From: Yuukianura sp. NJ FZ-2021
Taxonomy: Eukaryota
Length of the DNA stretch: 64,000 bases
Direction: 5' to 3'
Assembly (NCBI GenBank): GCA_046563655.1
Contig: CM102289.1
Span: forward strand, 5,146,001 to 5,210,000
Part shown: positions 46,996 through 58,800 of the stretch, one piece after another
Layout: each line of letters opens with the position of its first letter
Numbering within the stretch: the first letter of the stretch is position 1
The notes under the pieces: generated by a model
The model's database searches: none
Seen by the model: only the letters and a program-made list of their open reading frames with translations
What the model was told of the DNA's origin: nothing
Made by a program: the position numbers and the translations under genes

Positions 46996-49900
46996 GTTTT
47001 CCTCAGTGTTTCGGTTTGACAGACTTAACAAATCTAAAACTAAGGGAAATTTTGGCATAGATAAGTTGGAAATTTTAATCAGGACCGGTTCTGTATTGAT
47101 AAGAGTTTTTACATCGCTGTGTGTGGGTTGTTGATTTGTCTATTAATCTGTATCAAATTCTGAAATATTGTTCGAACTGTTATATTGCCGTAAAGTGTCC
47201 AGATTTTCCAAAGTTTTTTGATAAGTTTTTACCCGTAAGAAAAATTCGTCACAGTTTTGTTAACAAAGATGAGATGCTTTTTCGTTGTCAAAATGTTGAC
47301 AAAAGGTTAAACTTCACAAAGGAAAACGTTTTGGTCTGTTAAAGTTGGACGTCTTGTCATTCGTTTCTAAACAGAGGTGGGACATCTTGTTTTGCTTTGT
47401 AAAGTGCGGTTTTGTTTGAAAATCTCCTGAAGCCACAAAAACGTTGGATGTATATTAATTGGCATGTGGTTGCGACCCGTAAATACGGAAAGAGTAACCG
47501 CAGACAACAAAATCGAAATGTGAAGCATTACAGCAGAAAGCGGGCTGTTGTTGGTTTGGGCTCAAAGGAAAGAAAAAGTTTGTCGTTTCCGTTTCATAAC
47601 TTTTCGTTTTTTGGCGCCGTTTTTTTAACAAGGTATTTCATTTTATTGTAATATTCAAAAGGAGAAGAAAATCTACAAAAAGTCATAACTGTAAAAGTCA
47701 CAAGGAGGCAGATATGTTAGGGTCCAGAGTTAAGCGCCCTGGTGCTTTCACTTCCTTCCAGAAAGTCCATTTCCTCCTTTGGCGGGAAATGGGAAAAAGG
47801 GCTTTCAAATTTGAAATGGTCGTTCTCACCTACTGGGCTCTTTATCCAAAGTCCGGAAACTGTTCATCCTCCGTAGTCAATTCACACATACGAGTACAGA
47901 GTTGATCAGAAAGAAACTTTGTTAACAAAGAAGTTCAAGAAGTTGTTGAGACCACGATTTTCAATTTTTGAATGCAGTTGATTTTGTTGTACCACTCTGT
48001 ACAAAAAACTTCTTGGGTTCAAACCAATTTGAAAGTTTTCACCAAAAAGAGTAGGCACAATCTCATTCGATGGTTCGATTTCTTGGAAGAGTTTTTGGAA
48101 ACAGTTTACTTGTATTATATGACATTTTACTGTAACAAGAAAAAAATAATACAGTGCGTAGATACGTTGAATACCCGAACATTTGAAGTATACAGTATTT
48201 TTTTGTTGTTCTAAAAGCAGAAAGTACGGCAAAAACTTTTATTCGTTTGATTTTTGAACATTATGATATGAAACTTAACTTGCACTTTTCACCCAAATCT
48301 TTACTTCTGTAACTACTGACAATTGGGAACTTAAATTCTTACCAAACACCATTTTAAAAAACATGGAATCATTCAAACTCCGCAGTAGTAAGCAAATTGC
48401 GTGGGTAAGGCTTGGATTATGACCTGTAGTTTGCATTTTTCAATCTTTGAATTTAAAAAACGCTAAACGCAACTGAAATATTCGATTTTACCAATGACTT
48501 TAGCCGTGACTTTTCGTTAGCAATTGACGTTGGTTTTGGACGCTGGTTACAGACAATTTCACACTGCGTTTTTTCATTTTACGGAAAAAACAAATTTTTT
48601 GCCATCATGCAATGTTATTGTTAAATAATTAACTTTTATGTATCAACCGGAGTATCCGTTACAAAAATATGAACCCAATCCTTTTTTCATGTACGAATTA
48701 CTCTTTCTTTCTGAAGTCGGAAGCTTAAATTAACAGAATTCATTCAAATAAATTTGAATTATGAGTAAACTTAAGCTGAGCCGAAGGTTAACTTAATGTA
48801 AAGTAGTTAAGTTAAAGTTACTAAATTTTAGGAACGATAAAACTGTTGCCTTTGTTCACATCGTAAGATTCACCTTGACTTTTCCATTTCGGTGGCGTCA
48901 GGCGCGTGATTTGAAATCACATTTGAACAATTTGGGCATTTGAAGTTAGGAGCAGGAGAAAGCGAGAGAAAGTCTGGAAAGTTTTACTGCTCGAGACAAT
49001 TAGGACTTATTGAAGAAATGGATCCTGGGCTAGGAAAAAGTTTGAAGTCAATTTAAAAAAGTAAAGGCGGTTTTAGTCTGCTCCTTCGAAAGCCAACACA
49101 TTGTCTTCCTCCGAGGCGGAATGTAATTGGTCTCCTCTACTACTTCTGCTGGAAATTTTTGGAGGGAGCAACTACGAAAAGGAAATCTTTGGAGGGAGTA
49201 ACTATGAATCCCTGGGTGAAAGTTACACTCGGAGGAACAATGAACATGTTTTTGGTGGGAGATTCTTTAGAAACTTTCTCCGGATGCATCTCTCTCCTTG
49301 GTTCTAATCATAAACTTTTCTTTTCTGTTGACCTCTCCATCTTTTTTTGAGGTCACCAATGGTGAAAGTGAGTCCAAAACTTTTGTTGAAGCAAAAGGAG
49401 AGTCATCAAAATATGGGAAAAGAACAAGAGAAATTGGTCTTGTCGTCATCTTGCGTGTCTCTGTGTCTCATGAGTCTTTGGTTTAGTTTCCCTCCAAAGG
49501 ATCGCCCAAAAGACAAAAGAAAGTAGGAACTTACACCACCGCATGCATTTTATTACTCGTCTTCTATAAAAGTATTAACATTTCCACAAGGTTCCTCTTC
49601 TCTACTACTACACAAAGGATTAACTTCACTGACCCTCATACTACCCGCTTTCTCTCGGAACACTCCGATTTCGGTGTTATTAACTTTCACTTTGCGTTAC
49701 AAAATGTCTTGGCTCAAACCCAAATTTCCAGAGTCCAGAGCACAAATGTCCAAAAAGCAAAGTCACAATTCAATTTAGCTCTCTCCAAAAGCTATCAAGG
49801 AATTTAAATTTTCCAAAAATTTGAAAAATGTGTTCGATTCTATTCTTAACTTTAATATTTTCAGTTATATTAAGCCAGTTAACCCCTTTCAGGTTAGCTT

Positions 49901-52226
49901 GAAAACCGTTAAATCACGCTATGAAATATTCGTAACTCAAGAATTTGACTCTGATTTTATTTTAAAGAGAAAGCGAGAAGTGGGAGCTAAAGGGCCTCAT
50001 TAGATTTCGCTTTGAACAGAGAACAAGAACGAACCATTTGAGCATAGATGGGCACAGAGTGGTGCTTTTGCTAAGCGGCAAGTTTCAATTTCAGTCGATT
50101 TACTTTTATGATAACCATTTGAGGAGGGTACTTGGTCCGTTCCTTCAATCTGGACCCCCATTTTCCTGTGCTTTTCAAACTTTAGGCTAGGTTTCAACGG
50201 ACACCGAGTATACGTAAGGTCTACGAGTTCCAGATTTTGAAAAGCGGCGGGCAGAAAGAGGCGTGTGGCTAATAAGGGCCCCCTGCTCAAAAGGCCCCCC
50301 ATCCAATGAGGCCATTTAGACACAAAGGAGACAACTTTCTTTTGCTTTCTCCGGAAGATGTTCTGTGGTGTGGACCAACGTCACAGGAGGCGCATGTGCA
50401 AAGGCGGATCGATTGATGGCCCATTTTAATTGAACTTCCTTTGGAAGAGGAAGAGGGTTATTCTGCGTGTAGGAAAATTAATTAGAGCCACTGGTTGGTT
50501 AGTTGGTGTGGTTTAGGAAATGGGTCTCATCGCTCCATGCTTCCTCTACTGAAATCACTGACATTTCAATAGATTTTATATCTTCATCTTTCAAAATAAG
50601 GAAATTGGAGAGAAAATTTGAACGGAGGAAGTGGAACAAAGAAAAAATCCTTTGAAGTTACAGGATTTCCGATTCCGCTTGGTCCTTAACTTTATACCGA
50701 CAGAACAAAAACAAATACCCACCAAAATATCATTCCCAAATTCAATCTTTTCAAAATAGAACGCCGAATTCCGAGGAAAAAACGGGAATTCGCGACCGTA
50801 GCTTTTCCGGTGGCTTTGTTTTTGCAAAGTTTTGAAAAAGGTTTGTTAGTTCTCACAAAAGTGTTTTTACGTGATTTTTTTTTATCCAAAAAGTTGTCGA
50901 TCCAAAAAGGTGAAAGTTGTCGATCCGAAAAAGCGAAAGTTTTAAAATTTAAAATTTAGTGTTAATTAGTTCGTGGCTTGAAAAACTTTTTTTAAAGCAA
51001 AGTTTGAAAGTTTTTGTCAGTGAATAATGTTCTTAATACAAGTTCGCTTCTGAAAAAAAAATTTAAGAAATTCTCACTTTCTCCTTTACGCTTGTGCTCT
51101 TCTGCTGTTCTCTGTCAGAGGGATTAATAAGTTCAATTTCTTTTGCCAATAAATCAGGCTTTGGGAAAATGTTATAAATTAGTAGATTACGAAAAGTTGA
51201 CATGGGAAGCTATGGAAGGCGTCTGAAACTTGAAGCATCCTAAGACATGAAGCTTATTTGACCCTTGAAAACCTTTTGAAAACGCGCGCCAATTTTTTGA
51301 AAAAGTTCTAAACGCTGCTTAGATCAACGAATGACTTTCCCTTAAACTTATCATGTTTTCTCTTGAGAAAGTTTAATCTCCCCAAGGTCAAGAATTTGGA
51401 AGATGTCGCATTGCATCACGAAAAAGTAAACGGGGTAAACGAACCCATAAAAATTGTCTACAAGCAGAAAAAACAAATTCGAATTCTTCCACCGAAAAAC
51501 TCATCTGTAGTTTTCCCAACCTCATTTTGAAACTCGTGTTCAAAATAATACAAAGAACAAAAGAAATTTAAAGTTGAAAAGTTATTTTTCAAATGCAGAC
51601 TTTTTTGAAGTTAATAAAAGTAAGGAAGTCATTTGCGGTAGACCAAATTGCGACACTCATGGCCGCTACTAAGAAAAAAAGTTTTCGTTTGTGTTTTAAA
51701 AATAAGATTTTGAAAAATGACTTTCTCTTCTTCTTTTTCGAGCGCAAATGATGAAGATGAGCGTCACTTTAACTTTTTTGTGGTTCTATTTCTGGAAATG
51801 ACGCTTTAGTAAATTGCAGAGTGGAGTAAAAGGGGAAAGTACACATTCACAAAAAAAAAGTTGGAAGAAAGAATATGAGCTTTATAAAATTTTATGACAA
51901 AAATAAAAATACAAGATTTGTCACTACGCCTCTGCTTTCGTGAAGACTTCGTCAAACTCCTAAAACAAGTTTTCTCCCGAAATCTAATTTTCGTTTGAAA
52001 AAGTTTTATTTTTGGCACAAAGGGAAGCAGTTTTTTTCTTCAAAAACAAAAATAAGAACGAAAGAAAAACTGCACTGAAAGGCATACAAAGATTCCTTTT
52101 CAAATAAGTTTCCATTGATTTCCTAATGTTCAAAATATTTTAAATTAAGTTAAATTCCGCATACTTGTGTATAATCTGTGTACAATGGTACTCAAAAAAT
52201 TTTATGTGGAGGTCATCAACCACTAG

Positions 52227-52830
52227 AAATAAACTCAGTAGTAAATTGGAGTGTACAAAACTAGCGAAGGACAGCTTTTCCTTCGCTAACAGGTATTCAT
52301 ACCGACACATCATAGTGAACTACATCAGGAATAAAAAAAAATGAAATGTGAAAAGTCGACCTTTGTGGGAAAACAGTATTGGTAAGCCTCCAGTGGATAA
52401 GGAGGCACCATGGTCCGGTGGTCACACCGGCTACCTTACTTTTTCCTACCCCGCACCTTTCACACTGAAGGAGGTTACTTGCGGCCGTATTGCGTACGCA
52501 AAAATTGCTGGTTTCGACAAGACGAACAACTTTTGCAGACGGCATTTTCTATGTTACTGAACATAAAACCGGTTGACCTTCGACCTGGGAAGTGTTGGCC
52601 CGCCGAGATGATGTTCAACCGTCAACATTTCCGGCGGGTCACTAGGTAGCTACCGGCAAAAAAAGGTATAGGAAATGTTGAAGTTGAGCTCCTTCCGAGA
52701 TAATTGACGTGGACGGCCGCAGGCTAGACAGACAGGCAGACATACACACAGACAAGGCCGATGCATAAAGTTATTAAATGCATAATCATTGCTAATGCCA
52801 AATTATTAAGTATCTTTCGCTACTTAATAA
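52227..52830 (-). mobile_element. Helentron/HINE (DINE-1-like) element
   Basis: Terminal palindrome ttattaagta-tctttcgc-tacttaataa (52803-52830) and a (GACA)n-like tract at about 52726-52753. A matching subterminal IR lies within hairpin tagcgaagga...tccttcgcta (52262-52288). Same architecture as the 26.3-27.3 kb element. Confidence 0.7.
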
Positions 52831-55800
52831 CTGGGCGTTGAAAGTATTAAATCCATTAGGAAATAATCCTTTAAATTTCCTCCGAGTTTAGGTGAAATAC
52901 TTTTATGATATGGTATATAAACGATTTGAAAAACAGGAAACTTGGAACTAATGAGCATCAAATTTCAAAAACTCTCGGGTTGAATTGTACTTGGAAAAGC
53001 TTTTATCTTCCTAAAATCTGATCTACGGAAGTCTTAAACCGTTACTTCTAAAAGTCTGTTTGTCATGGATGAAAAAGCGCTTGTGCAGATGGAGGCTGGA
53101 AATAATTGGACACTTAATTGGAGATAAATAATTCACGCTTGAGGAGGGACGGCAGAAAGACAGGTTGTGATTTAGGCCAGTGCTGGTGGGGCGGGTGGGG
53201 AGGTTCCCTTTGCTAGCTGGAAGAGGAGGCTTTTAGGGGGGATTAGACAGGGATTAAGTTGTAGAATAATGGGGGAGGGGGGTTGTAATGAGTTTGAACA
53301 GGTGAAGGGCAGGGGGGACTGATGGGGTGGGAGAGGACCAGAAGTGCAGTGGAGGATGACTAGGGGAAATGCGGAGAAAGTCTTCTTCTGGAAATGAGCG
53401 GAGGTGAAGCGGAAAAGAAAGAGAAAGTCCTCGTTCCCTACGCAAGTAAGTTAAGGATCGCTAGTGTCAAGTCGACTGGAACGCAACCATCTTCTCCAAA
53501 GTACATTGTCTATGATGTGACAAAAGTTTCACAATCTAATTGGTTTCTATGGAAACGAATTTTCAAAATTTCCTTCCCATCCCCATAGTAACCAAAATGC
53601 AATCCGCTTGGTCCTAGACAAAACCACTTTAGCTACGATTTTTTTACTGTCTTTTTGTTTGCTTTTATCTATCAGTTCAGAGCCACTCGAACTCGTCTGA
53701 GTTGGAGTGATCTCATCGAGGATCAGGAAATTAGGGCTCTTGAGAATATTAGTCTAAGCTCTGCTTTCTAAAGTTAACAAGCGGGAAATTTGAACCTCCT
53801 CAATTTAAATCCAATTCAAAAATGAGCGCCAAAAATCAACATAACAGGATCACACGCACTTAAAATCTTGGCAGGATTAGTCAGTGAACAAACGAATGGC
53901 AAGAGCCCTTTGGTGCATTAGTATGCAGAATTTTCTTTGCAAAATTTGATGTTGCAAGATACAAAGTATCGAAGTAGGAAGTACGGAGTACGAAGAAGAA
54001 GAAAGCCGAAGTTGCATTAGATTCGTGGCGAAAGTGGAATGGAAAGCGTGTTTCTCCTTCTGCTGTGCGACGTGTGCGTGACATGACGCAGTTTCGTTTT
54101 TAGTTTAGAATCCTTGTTGCTTACGCCTCCACTTGATAAATATTTATGAGATGGTGATGCTCCTTGGTTGAAATTTTGTATGTCATTTGACAAGAAATCA
54201 GTTGTGTAGCTTGGCAAAGTGAGAAACGAACGGCGGCACTTTTTTTAAATTTTGCCTTTCTTAGATCTAAATTATACCAGGAAAAATTTTTTTGCAAAAA
54301 TAAACCCAGCTAGAAAGTTTTGACCATTTTTGTTTGTTCTCGAGAAAGAGAAAGGAGCGTGTGACGCAAATGGTAGTTTCCTATTTCAGTCTAAATTTGA
54401 ACCGATTTTGTTCCAAAAAAAAGATTCGGTATTTCAAAAAGGTTTTTCTTGAAAAACTTTTCAACTTTCCAAACTCCGCAAAAACTTGTTTGAGAGAGAA
54501 AGAGAATTGGTGACATTTGTGTTTGTTTCAACTTTCGTTCCAAAATTCTGTGTCTTAAGTTAAACAAAAAGAGAAAGTTGAGGTGAAAGTTGGTACGTGG
54601 TTCTCTTTTGGTTGAAGAACAAGAATAATTTACAACTTTGGGAATTGAAATAGAACCACTTACTGGTGACATGTGGACTTACTACCACTGGTCGTGTACA
54701 CTACTTCGACTAAGCAGTTTTAGTTTAGGCGCGGGAAGTTGGCTGGGTTTGAATTGAAATTCAAAGCTTCCCGCTCTTCCGCCGTTCCCCTCTTCATCAA
54801 GGAACTGTTTTGGGGCGACACAAACTTAAATAATAGTCCGCTGCTGCTCTTGGTCTAAATAAAAGGTTGTTCAAACCAAGAGACATACAGTAGTTTCTCG
54901 TCCTTCGGAAATAAGCGCGCGTTTTCAAATAATACAACGGAGGGAATAAATTTAGTCAAGTATTTCAAAAGCATGTTTGTGAGCCCAGTGCATGGTCCAC
55001 TTTCACTCCCATTTCCTTACCTGCTTTCTCCTCTATTTCATTCTCCTTAAAACCTTTCCTGTCTCAAACGGTTTAAATTTATTACACCCACTAAAAGACG
55101 CTCGTTTTTGCCAAAACATGCAAAGAAACTTCGAGGGAAGGGAGTTGGTAGTCAGGCGTATCAAATTAACAAAATGGAACTCTCCCGCTTTTTTCAAATT
55201 TTCAAAAATTTAAATCCTTTGTCCACTATTTATTGGTATAGAGAGTCGTCTGGGAGCAAAAGTCTTAGGAATTTGTGAAATAACAACAACCCTAAATTTT
55301 CAAAACACGCATAACACTTGACATAATTTTGAAAATTGAATTTCAACCAGCAAAAGAAAAAAGAAAATGGTTTATTGTAATCACGCGCGTCATTTGAACT
55401 TGGCATCAAGTATGAAAAAAAAAATACAAAGTAGTCTCTGAACCATAATAATTTTGGAGAGCTGTACTTTCTCATTGTCAAGAACTTGAAAAAAGGAGAA
55501 CGCTTTTGAACAGTTCTTTTCGCGCCAAGTTTTTTTTTTCGCCTTTCAAATTTTCAGTTCATTGGATTCTGCTAGAAGTGGAACCGGAGCGAACAAGGTA
55601 AAAGTTGGGCTGCCGCTAAATTTGAAAAAGAAGAGCGGAAAAAGAGTTCTTCGTTTTTTAAGTAAGAGAAAAGGAGCTGCCTGATCTCTTGGACATTCAA
55701 TTCGAACAGACATTTCCTTTCCCATTTTTCATCAGTTTGACGCTCTCCTGAGCTCGACGTACCTTTAGCTACTCATGGCTGTCCCTGGAGCGGCGGAAAA

Positions 55801-58800
55801 CTCCGTTTTTGTTCGAATTTTAAAATTCCCGGCGTATGTTCTTTAAAAAGATCAGAGGGGAGAGGAGTGAAAGCAGGAGAGCGGGAAGAATAATGGTTTG
55901 AATGAAATATGGGGAAAGTGGGCCTTTCACTTTCTTCCCGCTCTCTTTTCTTTTTCCCACTTTTCCCTCTTCCGCCAAATCCAAATTTCTTGTGTACGCA
56001 ACGTGCTTGGCTGTGTAAAATCAAGGTTTAGAAGAGCCTTTCCTTCCTCCCTTTTCCCCATTTTGAAATCTGGAGGAATTTGAAATCTTGAAATAAAATC
56101 AGTTTCAAATTTCTCCCGCTCTTTCCCTGCCTTGTCCTGTGTTACGCGAAGACTCCTTTGTAAACTTTGTTAATGACACAAAGAGCAAGGAAATAATTAG
56201 TCAATCGAGAGTGATTCCAAAGTGTTAAGTACGTTCCGCCGAATTACTTTGAGCCCGCACTTTTCTAGTCTAATTTTTATGTATCACGCTCTAATCTCCA
56301 AAAAGAAAAACCATTTTCACTTTTGGGCTAAAAACACTAAAGGAAAAAAAGAATCGACGGTAATATCGCCGAAATAAAAAGAGGAAATGATATAGCGGTG
56401 AACCTTAACAGAAATAATAATAAACAGAAAGATTTAAAGAAAGGAATTTCGGCAAAACTTTGTTCGATGCTGCTATTTTTAGTTGATAAACGCGCCAGAG
56501 TATAGAAGAATCTAAAATGACTTCAAAAATGGGCTTTGAGAAAGTAAAACAAAAGACGACGAAACTCCGAAATTTTTGAATTTTCCTTTCGAAATTAGTG
56601 AATGAACGATCGTTTGGCGCCTAGGCTAGTCCATCCGCTATGAAGGAAAATATGCTTGGAGAAAATGAAAAGAAAAGTTTTTGAAGTTTCCCTCCGCCGC
56701 CAATCTTTGGCCATTAGGAACAGAGGGAGGAGAGCTTTATGGCCGTTTGCAAGGCAGAAACAGAAGTGGAAAAGGTAATTTCATCTTTTTAGAAAGATGA
56801 CAAAGCAGGGCAAATTTTTTCTAATAGACCTGGGCACCCACAGTCCCAGCACCCCAATTCCTTATGCAAGAACACAAAGTGAAAGTCAGTGGAGCTGTAG
56901 AAAAAGCACTTTGCGCTGGGAAAACTTTTCCGCTTCTTCTTTCCCTTATTCCCTAATGGTAATTCTCCTCATTTCGACAATTCATAACTTCCCGCCGCCA
57001 CCCAAACAGCCGCCACACACCAACCCACCACCCTTCCTCTGAACAAACTTTCTATTTATGGCCATTCCCTGACTTTCTAATCCAAAAAACCTTCAAGAAT
57101 CACACTTTCCAAAAACTAACATTTCAACTACTCTTGCTAAAACTTAAAGATTTTCCAAGACAAGGCGGGTTTTTCCAAATAGCTCCGCCCTACTCCAAAA
57201 CTTTTCACTTTTAGTCAACTTTTTTTGAGCCAAGGAAATTCAAAGTTACTGAAGGCAAGTCAAAATACTAGTTGCCCATCTTATGTCAATTTGTCCAAAA
57301 AGTTTGGAAGGAAGTAGGGTGACCTTAATTTTAGTTGACCAGTTTGTGCCCAAGGGCTTCCAAAAGAGGAGGTCCCTGCCACGTGGCGGGCAGTTTCAAA
57401 AAAAAACTTTTCAGAAAAAGTTTTTTTTAGAAGTTATGAGAAGAACTGAAAAGTATGACATTGGAAAACGGAGAGTTTTAGACTTTTCAGAGGAAAAAAT
57501 GTTTCGACCATCACGAGCCTGCCGAGTTTGACTTTTTTCTTTTTCTTTTTTTTTTCAAAAAAAGTTGCTTGCTTTAACAAAAAATATGGCCCAAAGAAAT
57601 TTAAAATTGATTTTTTGCCGCCACTTTCTCCTGCCTAAGCACCCGGTTCTAACTGAGTTAACTTTCTTTTTGGAGCCTGATTTTGGTGAAAGTTCTGATC
57701 CCTTATGTTCTACGCTCCCGCGGAAAAAGCTGGCTTGATTGAAACGGACACCAAGTCAAGGATTCTTGCACAGAAGCTCATAATGTTCCACGTATTTTTT
57801 TAGAAAATGAAAATTTTTACTTTAGTTTAGAACCAACCCATTTTTCAAAAGTTTCAGAAACAAAAAAGTTTGAACTTTCGTTGTCCACATTTTTCATCTG
57901 GACTTTCTTTTCCAGATTCTCAGTTTTAATTTTGTCTCTTTCGTTTAAAAAAACAGGATGTAACTTTTGACCTTTCACTAGTACTATCTTCCAAGGGCAT
58001 TTTTAGAGGTTACGTATTTTTGTTAGTAAGTTTTACTAAAAAATGCTCTGTAGATCTCAATGTCGACTGATGAGAAAAGTCTTTCCGTCCGAGACTGAAG
58101 CTCCTGCAATATCTAATCTGGGAGCCTGAGGGCCTAATAAAAACTTTGTCCTAGTTTACCACACCGAGAGGCTGCAGAAAGTCCTTTCACGAGCTTTCAC
58201 ATTTGTGGGCCCTCCATACACGCTTCAGCTCCTTTCATCCTTCCGTAGACGCTTAAGATCCAGCGTTCAAGTAATTTGATTGTGTTTGTGACTTATTATT
58301 TATGTTAGTCCTGCCAGAAATAAATTGGTATAGGCTAAACCTAATGTAATCCTAACCCTAACCAAAGGGAGTCCCCTTCCTTGGCTTAGGGAGAAAGTGG
58401 AAGTGACGGAAGTTACAAGACATGCGGTTAATGCCTAAACTTCCTGGATTTAATCTAAAGACATTGAGAACTAGGAGGGAATAAATTGATATTGATTGGA
58501 GGCTGGGACGGAGGCGGCGCAGAAGTCGCATGGACTTTCTCCCCGACTTTCTCCTGGACTCAGTTCAGTGAGCACTGTACAGACCACGTCTGAGTCCCAG
58601 AGTTCCCTTCAAACCAATTCAGTTGCTTCTGGATCTTAGGCGTGTGAACTCAACCTTCAGTCTTTGTCGTTCAATTTTGAATTTAAAGCTATCTTTTGTG
58701 ACCAAAGTCGTGCTTCAAAGTGTTTTCCAAAACGTGAGAAGTGGAGCGCAAATTTTGTTCAAAATTTTTTTTTGTCTACGGTAACTAATTTGATTAGAAA

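Noticed and set aside
58097..58630. Stem-loops and words (GTCTGAG, ACCAATTCAG) reminiscent of RNase P RNA CR-I/CR-V
   Set aside because: The motifs are only about 25 nt apart, do not form the P4 helix, and the other conserved regions are missing. An Rfam scan would settle it.
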